Positions 1 to 9,862 of a DNA stretch of 64,000 nucleotides are shown here, piece by piece; position 1 is the stretch's first letter, and each line of letters starts with the position of its first letter. The translations under genes and the position numbers were made by a program. This stretch comes from Candidatus Poribacteria bacterium (GTDB lineage: Bacteria; Poribacteria; WGA-4E; WGA-3G), in the NCBI GenBank assembly GCA_965214095.1, contig OZ243938.1, positions 3,968,001-4,032,000 of the forward strand, written 5' to 3'. Below the pieces are notes generated by a model. It was not told the DNA's origin. It did no database searches and saw only the letters and a list, made by a program, of their open reading frames with translations.

Positions 1-1024
1 CAATTACCCGTCCAGTATGTCGTATGAAGATTAAAAAGTCTTTCAACATCAAGGACTGTATCTTTCCACGTCGAAATAATAATGTAAAAGCACTTATGTG
101 TGAAGTCGTGGCATTCCCGTTCTTGCGTGCAGGTTTACGTTTCGTTTTTAATTGTCGTATGTTCTCCCATCCACTTTGATATATCCATTGTGCTGTGAGA
201 AATGCCAATCCAACAGATGCGATACTAATAACGAACCAACCAAGTATCCATCTCAATCGCATACCAATCGTAGTTTCATTTCCCCAACTTACTAAGAACT
301 TTCCAATCCATTCGTGCGGATACCAAACTACGGTTGTATCAGCTGTTCTTGATGTTGTCCAATCCAGCAGAAGACTTTTCAAGGGGAACAAATCAGATCC
401 AGCAAACAGGATGAATGAAAGTAAGAAACCTACTAACACACCAACAACAGTCCCAAGAGTCTTTAGTATTGTAAGAAGACCGGATGACGAGAAGAATCGC
501 GCAATTACCATCATGCTTATTGTGACATTGCTCGCAATCAGAACGAGCAGGCCGATAGATACGGGTAATAACACTGCATAATAGTGCCACGGGTGTTGAT
601 ATGTCAGACCGAAAACCACCCACGGGGGACCTAAAAAGCAGAGCATACTCATGAGACGCGAGACAGTGATGTGGATGAACTTGTATCCGAAGATAGTTAT
701 TGGTCGAATTGGCGCGGTGTATAACATTTGCGTATCAGTTGCTTCATATAGTATTTTCAAAGAACTTTCCATCAACTCTTTTGCCACAATAATTATACCG
801 AATACCATGAATCCGTTAATCACACTAAAAATGAGTTGAGATGGTGCATTGGTTTTATGTAAATGTGAGAAAAGCGTCCAACCTAATATAGATAACGATG
901 CTATAAAGATTAGGTAACCTATGACCTTGAATATACTCTTTCGCCAACCTTCTTTATCGTGTTTTAGGTTGTTCAGCCATGCATAATAATCTGCTTTAAG
1001 AAGAATTGCAATATGTCTAAACAT
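1..1024 (-). CDS. ABC transporter permease, multi-TM (3' part runs off the left edge)
   Basis: Not in the ORF track. Translated by hand from ATG at 1024: MFRHIAILLKADYYAWLNNLKH...LYTAPIRPITIFGYKF..., with several hydrophobic helices; lies directly downstream of the ABC ATPase. Confidence 0.8.
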   Translation of the reverse strand, partial: MFRHIAILLKADYYAWLNNLKHDKEGWRKSIFKVIGYLIFIASLSILGWTLFSHLHKTNAPSQLIFSVINGFMVFGIIIVAKELMESSLKILYEATDTQMLYTAPIRPITIFGYKFIHITVSRLMSMLCFLGPPWVVFGLTYQHPWHYYAVLLPVSIGLLVLIASNVTISMMVIARFFSSSGLLTILKTLGTVVGVLVGFLLSFILFAGSDLFPLKSLLLDWTTSRTADTTVVWYPHEWIGKFLVSWGNETTIGMRLRWILGWFVISIASVGLAFLTAQWIYQSGWENIRQLKTKRKPARKNGNATTSHISAFTLLFRRGKIQSLMLKDFLIFIRHTGRVI

Positions 1025-1054
1025 GAGATATTGAATTAAGACTTTTCACAACCT

Positions 1055-1828
1055 TTAGGTGTCTGTAGTAAGATCAAGGAATATATCTTCTAGTGTCTCA
1101 ACCTCATCGGTATTATTCTTTATAGGTTGTGTAGACATTTCTCGTTTCCTATTCTGTAGCTCAGCGAGTGTTCCAACAGCGATTAATTTTCCCTTACTGA
1201 TAATACCCACTCTATCACAAATCCGTTCCGCGATTTCCAAAATGTGTGTTGTCATAAAGACGGTACATCCCTGTTCACAACGTTGGCGTAATATTTCTCT
1301 CACTGTGCGTGCACTTCTGGGGTCTAATCCGCTTGTAGGTTCATCAAGGAATAGAATTTGTGGATGGTGTATGAGGACAGAGATAAGCAGTATTTTCTTC
1401 TGCATGCCGTAGGAATAACCCTTAATTTGGTCATCAGCAGCGTCATCTAATTCAAGCTGTTCAAGTAATGCTCCCATTTCATTTTCAGCTTGTTGAGGAG
1501 GCACTTCATATAAATCTGCTATCATCCGAACAAACTGTCGTCCACTCAAAGCCTCGTATAAATGGGGTGTATCGGGCATCAAACCGAGGATTGCTTTTGC
1601 TTGTAAGCTCTGCTCTTGTATATCGTATCCAGCAAGTTTTGCTGTTCCAGAAGATGGACGAAGTAATCCAGTCAACATGTTGATACTGGTTGTCTTACCT
1701 GCCCCGTTGGGACCGAGAAACCCGAAGATTTCACCTGCGTCAACTTGCAGCATGAGTGAATCTACAGCACACAACTGACCGAAGTATTTGGTAAGATTGT
1801 AGGTTTCAATCATTCTGACTACTGCCAA
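1055..1828 (-). CDS. ABC transporter ATP-binding protein
   Basis: Walker A GPNGAGKTT, signature YSYGMQKK, Walker B LFLDEPTSGLD, H-loop TTH. True start may be MIETYNL near 1810. Confidence 0.95.
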   Translation of the reverse strand: MAVVRMIETYNLTKYFGQLCAVDSLMLQVDAGEIFGFLGPNGAGKTTSINMLTGLLRPSSGTAKLAGYDIQEQSLQAKAILGLMPDTPHLYEALSGRQFVRMIADLYEVPPQQAENEMGALLEQLELDDAADDQIKGYSYGMQKKILLISVLIHHPQILFLDEPTSGLDPRSARTVREILRQRCEQGCTVFMTTHILEIAERICDRVGIISKGKLIAVGTLAELQNRKREMSTQPIKNNTDEVETLEDIFLDLTTDT

Positions 1829-2489
1829 GAATATCCTTTTTTAGAGCTGCTAATGCTGCATCTACGTTGAAATCTTCTTGAGCTGTTTCGGTTGATAGCA
1901 TATTCCGCTGGTTCCGTTGTTCCCACATTTTCGCTTCAGTTTCTGCCTTTTTTGCCATCTTTTCAGCATTCTGAACAACTTGATCAATATCAATGACAAG
2001 TTCAATGTCTTCAAATTCAGCCAATACTTTATAGAATTCATCCCGAGTGCTTGCATGCTCTTGATTTTGAATTAACGCATCAACTTGATTTGAAATGTTA
2101 ATGAAACGGTTATAAACTTCAAGTAGTTCCGTCTTGAGTTGTGCAACGACGGTTTCTTGTGCAAGGATTCGATGTTCTAAGTCATGGACAAGTTGTAAGT
2201 ACTTTTTCCTTTGCTGCTGAAGTTCGTTTGCTTCTTGGTCGTCATTATTCTGTAGCAATATATCAACTCTGTTTTCACATCTGTTCGCCGCGTCAATTGC
2301 TTCGCGATATGCACGTTTGAGTTTCTGTTCGTCGGCGATTGCGGTTGCTACAAGTTTTTTCGCTTTTTGTATCTGCTGTTTCATATCCGTAATCATCTTT
2401 TCAAGAACAGATTCGCTCTTTTCGGCATTTTCTATGAATTGATTGATGTTCTCCTTAATCTGTTCTGAAATCTGTTTTAATCTCTTCAT
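1806..2489 (-). CDS. PspA/IM30 family coiled-coil protein
   Basis: N-terminal KRLKQI..NINQFIENAE..E.VLE..I.DM pattern, VATAIADEQKL, and C-terminal VDAALAALKK typical of PspA; GGAGGA RBS upstream. Confidence 0.8.
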   Translation of the reverse strand: MKRLKQISEQIKENINQFIENAEKSESVLEKMITDMKQQIQKAKKLVATAIADEQKLKRAYREAIDAANRCENRVDILLQNNDDQEANELQQQRKKYLQLVHDLEHRILAQETVVAQLKTELLEVYNRFINISNQVDALIQNQEHASTRDEFYKVLAEFEDIELVIDIDQVVQNAEKMAKKAETEAKMWEQRNQRNMLSTETAQEDFNVDAALAALKKDILGSSQND

Positions 2490-2689
2490 TGTCCAATTCC
2501 TCCGGAAATAACATCTTGAATATACCGATCTTCACCATATTGTAAGAATGAAAACCTATGTGCTAATTTTACTTAAAAGAGACACCTATACCTGAGAAGA
2601 TAGAAAAAATCTGATTGTTATGAATGACGTTTAGGGATCTAAAACTCACTAATGCTATTGATCATATTCCTATCAACTGTATTATACAT

Positions 2690-3565
2690 TTACGGATTTG
2701 ATCCCAATGTCTCGTAATTTGCGTTAACAAGGTCTACTCCAAAGCTCCTCAATCTTGACATAATTGTATGGATAGCAGCGATATTGCTATCAATTAAGAT
2801 TGAGGAACGGTTGTGTATAGCGGCAGATTCACCGAATGTACCACTGCCCGCAAAAAAATCCAATAACATATCACCTGGAGATGAATGTACTTTAACAATA
2901 CGATTTAGTATACCAAGTGGTTTCTGTGTCGGGTACCCTGTTTTTTCATGTCCACTTGTACTGACGATGGTATGCCACCAGACATCAGTCGGTGTTTTGC
3001 CACGCGCTGCCTTCTCTTTACCCACTAAACCGGGTGCCATATATGGAATCCTATCCATCTCTTCATAATTGAATGTATAAAGTTTAGGTGTTTTAGCATA
3101 CCACAAGATATTATTGTGTTTCGTGGGCCAGCGTGATTTTGATCTCCCACCGTAATCATAAGCCCATATTATTTCATTGATGAATGACTCGCGTCCAAAT
3201 ATCTCATCAAGTATTACCTTACAATAATGCACCTCACGATAATCAATATGAAGGAAAAAGCTGCCATACGGATGAAGAACACGATAGGCTTCTTCAAAAC
3301 GTGGTCGCAGAAATTTTAAGTATACATTTGAACTCTCAAATTTATCTGAGTAATGTCTGGTTTCTCCTTTGTAAGTTTTGTAAGTCTTTCCTTGAAAACC
3401 TACCCGATCTCCTTTATCATCTTGTTCTACCTGTATTTCAGTACGCAATTGGTATTTTCCAGTATTGAAGGGCGGGTCAATGTATATAAGATTGATGCTC
3501 TCATCTGAGACATGCTCTTGAAGAATTGTGAGGTTATCCCCATAAAATAGTGAGTGTTTTGACAT
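2690..3565 (-). CDS. Site-specific DNA methyltransferase (N6/N4, beta class), orphan
   Basis: Catalytic IYIDPPF precedes the SAM-binding LDFFAGSGT; YPTQKP motif. Confidence 0.92.
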   Translation of the reverse strand: MSKHSLFYGDNLTILQEHVSDESINLIYIDPPFNTGKYQLRTEIQVEQDDKGDRVGFQGKTYKTYKGETRHYSDKFESSNVYLKFLRPRFEEAYRVLHPYGSFFLHIDYREVHYCKVILDEIFGRESFINEIIWAYDYGGRSKSRWPTKHNNILWYAKTPKLYTFNYEEMDRIPYMAPGLVGKEKAARGKTPTDVWWHTIVSTSGHEKTGYPTQKPLGILNRIVKVHSSPGDMLLDFFAGSGTFGESAAIHNRSSILIDSNIAAIHTIMSRLRSFGVDLVNANYETLGSNP

Positions 3566-3588
3566 ACAGATATTATTAGATTTGTGTT

Positions 3589-3729
3589 TTATAGTAAAAA
3601 ACTATAATTATTTACACACTACGGTAGGTTCGGTTTCCTAACCGAACCGGTGTTTGTTCAGTGTCATAGATGTGGTTAGGAAACCGCATCTACCGGGGAG
3701 TGTGCACATATTTTTATATTTCACTATAG
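3589..3729. mobile_element. MITE/REPIN-like element, family A copy 1 (inverted REP doublet)
   Basis: TTATAGT...ACTATA ends enclose GGTAGGTTCGGTTTCCTAACCGAACC and inverted GATGTGGTTAGGAAACCGCATCTACC; near-identical to the reverse complement of 22419-22560. Confidence 0.8.
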
Positions 3730-3763
3730 AATATATTGTAAGAATAAGATGAACTGACTTTTT

Positions 3764-3803
3764 TGTGGATAAATTATATCAGAGTCTGTATAATTTATCC
3801 ACA
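3764..3803. promoter_or_regulatory. 15-bp perfect inverted repeat containing two consensus DnaA boxes
   Basis: TGTGGATAAATTATA-N10-TATAATTTATCCACA; TGTGGATAA at 3764-3772 and TTATCCACA at 3795-3803. Confidence 0.55.
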
Positions 3804-3833
3804 TCTTTTCACTATGGCAAAAGAGAATTGTCC

Positions 3834-3862
3834 TTGACGACAGACGATTTTTGGTGTAAAAT
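3834..3862 (+). promoter_or_regulatory. Putative sigma70 promoter of the ruvX-mltG-lpx cluster
   Basis: TTGACG-17bp-TAAAAT. Confidence 0.55.
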
Positions 3863-3910
3863 TTTTATGTAGTATATATCATAAAGCATGCCCGATTTAA
3901 ATTAGAAGGA

Positions 3911-4339
3911 GTGAGTATGTCTGTATTACTCGGTTTAGATGTCGGTGACGTGAGAATTGGTGTTGCAGTCAGCGACGTGCTTGGAAGTGGAGCTCACCCA
4001 TTATGTACACTGACTCGGACAAATAGACAACGTGATATTATCGCAATAGGTGATCTGGTTTCTATCCATGAAGTAGAACGCATCGTTATTGGTCTACCTA
4101 TCTCACTTGATGGGACAATTGGCACACAGGCAGAGAAGGTACAAAAATTTGGGGCTCGATTGTCGGAAGGACTGGATGTACCAGTTGAATTCTTGGACGA
4201 GAGATTTACTACTGCTGAAGCTGAGGATATTTTAGATACGCTGGAAATGAATCCGAAGGAACGAAAAAAAATTATTGATCAAGTTTCGGCTGTGATAATC
4301 CTTGATGAATATCTACGCGAACATTCAGTGGATGAGTAA
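3911..4339 (+). CDS. ruvX: Holliday junction resolvase-like / pre-16S rRNA nuclease RuvX (YqgF)
   Basis: LGLDVGDVRIGVAVSD, IVIGLP, DERFTT and IDQVSAVIIL motifs. Confidence 0.95.
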   Translation: MSMSVLLGLDVGDVRIGVAVSDVLGSGAHPLCTLTRTNRQRDIIAIGDLVSIHEVERIVIGLPISLDGTIGTQAEKVQKFGARLSEGLDVPVEFLDERFTTAEAEDILDTLEMNPKERKKIIDQVSAVIILDEYLREHSVDE

Positions 4340-4414
4340 TGGCAATTTATTGGTATATATTTGAACAGTTGAGTAGAATTCAAATAATTGGCATTACTGA
4401 TTTGGAGACAGTCC

Positions 4415-5467
4415 ATGTTTCTACGGAATATTGTTGCCGTATTAACTCGGAAACGAGTTGTCCGATTCGGATTATATACACTCGGATGTCTTGGAATCTT
4501 ATGCTTATGTCTTGTTTTAGTTGGGGCATATTACATATCACCGACCGCTTCGTCAGAGGAAATTGTTTCAGTAACAATTGTACCGGGAAGTAGCACATCA
4601 GTAATAGCGAAACACCTGGCTACAAATAATCTGATCCGTAGTCCTCTGGCATTCAAACTTGCAGTTCGGTATCGTGGTATTGGAACGCAACTCCGTGCAG
4701 GTACTTACGAACTCAGTCGGGATATGCCGCTTACGCGGATTCTTGATGAACTGAAAAAAGGGCATATTGAATATAAAACCTTTACTGTACCAGAGGGTTT
4801 TACGGCTAAAGCGATAGCTGAACTTTGGAAGGAATCTGGTTTAGGCAAAATAGAAACGTTTCGTAGCGCGATGAAATCCCCTGAATTATTGGAAAAGTAT
4901 CTGCCAGAAGGGATTTCAGCGGAAGGTTATCTTTTTCCAGACACTTACAAATTTGCTAAAGGGAGTAGCGCAGAAACAGTTGTACAGATGATGCTTTCTG
5001 AATCTGACAAAAGATGGACTGAGACGTTGGCTGAAGAAGCAGAGGTCTTAGGGTTAACTCGTCATCAAGTGATTACGTTAGCATCTATTATTCAAAGGGA
5101 AGCAGGTTCTGGATCAGAGATTCCCCGAATTGCAGGCGTATTTCACAATAGACTTAAACATAAATGGAAACTTCAAGCTGATCCGACTGTGCTCTACGCT
5201 CTGGGTGATCCAAAAAGATTGTTGACAAGAGCAGACCTAAAGGTTGAATCACCCTATAATACATATCTTCATAAAGGTCTACCACCGGGACCAATTGGTA
5301 ATCCGGGTATGGCAAGTATTTTAGGAGCGTTAAGACCGGAGAAAACACCTTATTTCTATTTTGTGGCTATTGAGAAAGGGAAACACCATTTCTCAAAGAC
5401 GCTTGATGAACATAATCGGATGATTCGTCAGATTCGACGGAAAAGAGCGGCATTAAGGAACCAATAG
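4415..5467 (+). CDS. mltG: Endolytic transglycosylase MltG
   Basis: N-terminal TM; TVPEG, EGYLFPDTY, LASIIQRE, LQADPT, SPYNTY..GLPPGPI. ATG at 4415 preferred. Confidence 0.95.
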   Translation: MFLRNIVAVLTRKRVVRFGLYTLGCLGILCLCLVLVGAYYISPTASSEEIVSVTIVPGSSTSVIAKHLATNNLIRSPLAFKLAVRYRGIGTQLRAGTYELSRDMPLTRILDELKKGHIEYKTFTVPEGFTAKAIAELWKESGLGKIETFRSAMKSPELLEKYLPEGISAEGYLFPDTYKFAKGSSAETVVQMMLSESDKRWTETLAEEAEVLGLTRHQVITLASIIQREAGSGSEIPRIAGVFHNRLKHKWKLQADPTVLYALGDPKRLLTRADLKVESPYNTYLHKGLPPGPIGNPGMASILGALRPEKTPYFYFVAIEKGKHHFSKTLDEHNRMIRQIRRKRAALRNQ

Positions 5468-5543
5468 TCGTATAATATACAACATATCAAACAAAATAAT
5501 CTATAAATAAACATATACATGTGATCGGAGTCAAATACTTTAT

Positions 5544-6860
5544 ATGGGAAATGTTGAATCACAACAAACACTTCAGTCCGAAGTCAAATTTACCGGCATA
5601 GGTTTGATGCTGGGAGAACAGGTTGAACTAACTATAAAACCTGCTCCTGCGGATACCGGTATTGTTTTTCAACGGATTGACCTACCGGATTCACCTGAAG
5701 TGAAAGTCTGTCCTGAGAACTGGGAAGATATTTTGCCACGATGTACAAGTCTACAACACGGTGAAACAACTATTAGTAGTATAGAGCATCTTTTATCTGC
5801 TCTTGCTGGACTTAAGATTGACAATGCTATAGTTGAATTAAATGCACAGGAACCCCCTGGACTTGATGGTAGTGCATTGCAATATGTAACGAAAATACAG
5901 CAAGTAGGATTGGTTCAGTTAGATGCACCCCGCAGTTATGTTGAAGTTTCTGAGCCTTTCGTTGTTTATGATGACGATAAGCAGCTTCTCTTTCTCCCAT
6001 CTGATACCTTTGAGGTGACATTTGCTTATGATCATCCGCTTACATCCCCACAATTTGCAACATGGGAGATGACAGTAGAGACATATATCAATGACATTGC
6101 TCCTGCACGTAGTTTCTGTTTTGAAGCGGAGATTGAAGCATTACAGGCTCTTGGAATTGGGAAAGGGGCAAGTTATGAAAATGTTTTAGTTGTCAAAGAA
6201 ACTGGTGAAACAAGTTCGGATTTGCGGTTTCATGATGAATTTGTGCGTCATAAAACACTGGATTTAATCGGAGACCTTTATCTTGCAGGATATCTACCGA
6301 AAGCACAAGTTATAGCGATGCGAACTGGACATACATTCCATGCGGAATTTGTTCAAGCACTGGCGGAAAAAGGTATACTTGATCAAGTCAAATCGGGAGA
6401 CAGTCAGGAGATTCAACCTATAGAGGCAAAAGACATCTATCGAATTTTACCACATCGACATCCAATGTGCTTACTGGATCGTGTCATTGAGTATGAGAAC
6501 GGAAAAAGTGCCGTTGGTATAAAGAACCTAACATATAACGAACCTATATTTGAAGGGCATTTTCCTGTTCAACCTGTTATGCCAGGAGTTCTGCAAGTGG
6601 AAGCACTCGCGCAACTTGGGGCATGGCTGCTGCTACAAGAAATCGGAGAAGAGGATCAACTCGGTTATTTTCGTTCAATTAGCAAAGCGACCTTTCGCAA
6701 AACTGTTATACCGGGAGATCAACTCCGTTTAGAAATAGAGATTATTCAACGACGTAGCACTTTGGCAAAAATTTCTGGTGAGGTGTATGTAGATGGTGCG
6801 CTTGCTACCGAAGCGGAATTGTCTATTGCACTGGCTGCGAATGAAACCGAGAGCACCTAA
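5544..6860 (+). CDS. lpxC-fabZ: Bifunctional LpxC/FabZ (UDP-3-O-acyl-GlcNAc deacetylase + 3-hydroxyacyl-ACP dehydratase)
   Basis: IEHLLSAL and HKTLDLIGD (LpxC Zn ligands); ILPHRHP and GHFP..PVMPGVL..EALAQ (FabZ). Confidence 0.95.
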   Translation: MGNVESQQTLQSEVKFTGIGLMLGEQVELTIKPAPADTGIVFQRIDLPDSPEVKVCPENWEDILPRCTSLQHGETTISSIEHLLSALAGLKIDNAIVELNAQEPPGLDGSALQYVTKIQQVGLVQLDAPRSYVEVSEPFVVYDDDKQLLFLPSDTFEVTFAYDHPLTSPQFATWEMTVETYINDIAPARSFCFEAEIEALQALGIGKGASYENVLVVKETGETSSDLRFHDEFVRHKTLDLIGDLYLAGYLPKAQVIAMRTGHTFHAEFVQALAEKGILDQVKSGDSQEIQPIEAKDIYRILPHRHPMCLLDRVIEYENGKSAVGIKNLTYNEPIFEGHFPVQPVMPGVLQVEALAQLGAWLLLQEIGEEDQLGYFRSISKATFRKTVIPGDQLRLEIEIIQRRSTLAKISGEVYVDGALATEAELSIALAANETEST

Positions 6861-6923
6861 CATGTCAAAATCCTTGTGAATTCATTTGAATGTGAATAAC
6901 TATAAGAAAGTAGAGGGGTACTT

Positions 6924-7742
6924 GTGATAGAAACAAACATTCACCCAACGGCAATCATTTCACCAAAGTCCGAAATAGGAGAAGGTGTTCGTATTGAACC
7001 TTATACCATTGTTGAAGACCATGTGCAGATTGGTGCAAATACTGTGATTGGACCGCATGTTCAGATAGGAAAATGGACAACGATAGGTGAGGATTGCCAG
7101 ATATATTTCGGTGCTTCAGTTGGGAATCCGTCAAAAGATCTGAAATATAAAGGTGAACGGAGTTATGTCCGCATTGGCAACCGAAATGTGTTGCGTGAAT
7201 ATGTTTCTATTTCTCGTTCTACTTTTGAAGATGATGAGACTGTTGTGGGGGATGACAATCTGTTTATGAATTGGGTAAACATCGCTCATGATTGTATTAT
7301 CGGTAGTCGAGTCATTATGGCGAATTTCGCTACGCTTGCTGGACATGTCGTCATTGAAGATGATGTACGTTTAGGTGCGTATGCTGCGTTACATCAATTT
7401 GTGCGTGTCGGTAGAATGGCGATGGCGGGGGGCTGTTCAAAAATCGTTCAAGACATACCACCTTACATGCTATCTGCTGGTCAACCTGCCCGTGTTCGTG
7501 ACCTAAATCGTTTGGGTATACGGACATCCCAAATCAATCCGTTATCTAAATTATCACCTGAAACATTTGCCCTCCTGAAGAAAGCCTACCGTATTTTGTT
7601 CCGTTCAGGTTTACCCTTAAAACATGCTGTTACTAAAGCAAGAGCGGAATTACCTTCGGATCCAGACCTTGATTATCTACTCAGTTTTATAGAGGCATCA
7701 AAACGTGGTGTTGGTTTTAGCCATCCTAATCGATCTTTGTAG
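6924..7742 (+). CDS. lpxA: Acyl-ACP--UDP-N-acetylglucosamine O-acyltransferase
   Basis: Hexapeptide repeats, IHPTAII, DLKYKGE, IAHDC, HQFVRVG, QDIPPY. Confidence 0.95.
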   Translation: MIETNIHPTAIISPKSEIGEGVRIEPYTIVEDHVQIGANTVIGPHVQIGKWTTIGEDCQIYFGASVGNPSKDLKYKGERSYVRIGNRNVLREYVSISRSTFEDDETVVGDDNLFMNWVNIAHDCIIGSRVIMANFATLAGHVVIEDDVRLGAYAALHQFVRVGRMAMAGGCSKIVQDIPPYMLSAGQPARVRDLNRLGIRTSQINPLSKLSPETFALLKKAYRILFRSGLPLKHAVTKARAELPSDPDLDYLLSFIEASKRGVGFSHPNRSL

Positions 7743-7860
7743 GGATGGGTGGACAGAATTGAACAAGGTTATTTCTTGCACATACATACCTAATTGTGGT
7801 GTAAGTATCAGATAAGAGAGATTCATATTCTACTTGATGAGCTTGTTCGGAGTATAGATC

Positions 7861-8754
7861 ATGAACAAACAATGCCTTTCTCACCTACTAACAGAAGAAG
7901 AACGAAACCACTTTGAAACGCAGGGATACCTCTACGTCCCAAACGCCTTATCTTCTGATATGGTGGAATACCTTGCTACTGCCGTTGACAAACTCCATAA
8001 AAAAGCACTTGCGACAGGTAGAGCGAAACCCGGTAATCACTGGGGTTTTTCCAATTTCTTAGGTGAAGATGATGCATTTTTGAACCTTGTTGACAATCCC
8101 ACAACCCTACCCAAAGTCTGGGGAATTCTCGGATGGAATATCTATCTTTACCATGCACACATGCACGTCAAACCGCCTGCATCACCAGATGCACAAGATG
8201 GGGATGGATGGTTGGAATGGCATCAAGATAGTGGTCGCGTGAATATTGAGATGGAAACACATCCACGTCCGCGTCTTTCGTTGAAAGTAGCATTTTTCCT
8301 TACGGATGTCTCCGAACCGGGGCGCGGGAATTTCTATATCCGTCCCGGTAGTCATTTCTCGGATGTGCCTTTATCTGAATCGGAAATCAGTCGTGACCCA
8401 CGTGAAAAGACAGCAGATGACATGCCTGATGATGCAATACCGGTATGTGTAGAACCCGGAACTGCAGTCCTTTTTGATAGAAGACTCTGGCATTCTCGTA
8501 GTCCGAACACTTCACAAATTACACGAAAGGCACTCTTTTATGGATACGGATATAGGTGGATTCGTCCGAAAGACGATATGGAAGTTGAACATCTTTATGA
8601 GCGATGCGATCCTATTCGTCGTCAACTGCTTGGTGACGCAGTGAGAAACAATGGACGTTATGTTCCAACTGATGAGGACGTACCGTTACGTGGATGGTTG
8701 ATTGAACAATTTGGTGAGGATGCCGTGTATTCACAGTCACCAGTAGGTGCATAA
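7861..8754 (+). CDS. Phytanoyl-CoA dioxygenase (PhyH) family Fe/2OG oxygenase
   Basis: WHQD, PGSH, LWH.RSPN and R..L motifs. Confidence 0.9.
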   Translation: MNKQCLSHLLTEEERNHFETQGYLYVPNALSSDMVEYLATAVDKLHKKALATGRAKPGNHWGFSNFLGEDDAFLNLVDNPTTLPKVWGILGWNIYLYHAHMHVKPPASPDAQDGDGWLEWHQDSGRVNIEMETHPRPRLSLKVAFFLTDVSEPGRGNFYIRPGSHFSDVPLSESEISRDPREKTADDMPDDAIPVCVEPGTAVLFDRRLWHSRSPNTSQITRKALFYGYGYRWIRPKDDMEVEHLYERCDPIRRQLLGDAVRNNGRYVPTDEDVPLRGWLIEQFGEDAVYSQSPVGA

Positions 8755-8783
8755 TCCTACAGTTTTGTAGTCTGTTCCAACCA

Positions 8784-9833
8784 TCATGGAATCAAACACA
8801 CTTTCCCAAAGTTCTTACGAGATTCCAACAACTGATGGGCATCAGCTGCTTGTTTTAATGGGAGTGTCCGATCAATTATAGGGACTAACAATCCCAGTTC
8901 TGCAAGACGAACAAGTTTTCTAAGTTCTTTAGACGTGCCTAATGCAGACCCCATAATTGTGAGTTGTTTTTGATACATCTTACGGATGTTGATTTCCCCG
9001 ATATTTCCAGTAGTAACACCACACGAAACAAGCCGACCGTTTTTGGCTAGACTGTTAATACTTTTATCCCAAGTCGCAGCACCTACATGCTCTAAAACAA
9101 CATCTACACCACGACCCTTTGTCTCCTCAAGTATAACTTCAGAGAAATCAACATCTGAATAGTTGATAGTAACATCAGCACCATGCGCTTTCGCACGTGC
9201 TAACTTTTCATTTGTACTTGCTGTAGCAAAGATACGTGCCCCAACGAGTTTAGCGATTTGTAGTCCTGCACTCCCGACACTACCACCTGCACCGAGTATC
9301 AGGACATCTTCGCCTGCATGGAGTTGTGCACGTGTGATGAGCATGTGCCATGCAGTAAGGTAAGCAATCGGCAAAGCAGATGCTTCCACGAAAGATAACG
9401 TTTCTGCTATCCAAATCGCATTCTTAGCAGGTGCTTTGACATACTCGGCATAACCACCATCAGTCTGGAAACCGAGAAGTTGTTGGGTGTCACATAGGTT
9501 CTCATAACCGTTGATGCAGTCATGACAGATACCGCAGGGAATACAAGGTGCAAGAAGCACACGATTTCCGATAGCAAGTTCCGGATGTTCACCAGATATT
9601 TCGACTATTTCTCCTGCAATGTCAGAACCTAATATATGAGGGGTACTCGTTTCTTCAAGTTTCTGCTTTATCTCAGGACGGTCGCGTCGCGCGTGGATGT
9701 CAAGGTAGTTGACAGCACAAGATTTGACTTTGACGAGAATTTCATTAGGATCAAGGGTAGGTGCGGTGACATCTTGATATTCTAATACGTCAATACCACC
9801 TTGTTCCGAAAACGCAACTGTTTTCATTATCAT
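8784..9833 (-). CDS. Zinc-binding medium-chain dehydrogenase/reductase
   Basis: Structural Zn CGICHDC..GYENLC, GAGGSVG Rossmann motif, GKV C-terminus. Confidence 0.9.
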   Translation of the reverse strand: MIMKTVAFSEQGGIDVLEYQDVTAPTLDPNEILVKVKSCAVNYLDIHARRDRPEIKQKLEETSTPHILGSDIAGEIVEISGEHPELAIGNRVLLAPCIPCGICHDCINGYENLCDTQQLLGFQTDGGYAEYVKAPAKNAIWIAETLSFVEASALPIAYLTAWHMLITRAQLHAGEDVLILGAGGSVGSAGLQIAKLVGARIFATASTNEKLARAKAHGADVTINYSDVDFSEVILEETKGRGVDVVLEHVGAATWDKSINSLAKNGRLVSCGVTTGNIGEINIRKMYQKQLTIMGSALGTSKELRKLVRLAELGLLVPIIDRTLPLKQAADAHQLLESRKNFGKVCLIP

Positions 9834-9862
9834 TCAATTTATACTTCAGATGAATTTACTAT

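Noticed and set aside
195-839. Short ORFs 195-581, 393-623 and 651-839
   Set aside because: They overlap the minus-strand permease frame running from 1024 off the window edge; shadow ORFs.
3566-3910. Chromosomal origin (oriC)
   Set aside because: Only two DnaA boxes, no dnaA/dnaN/gidA neighbours, and GC skew cannot be assessed from this window.
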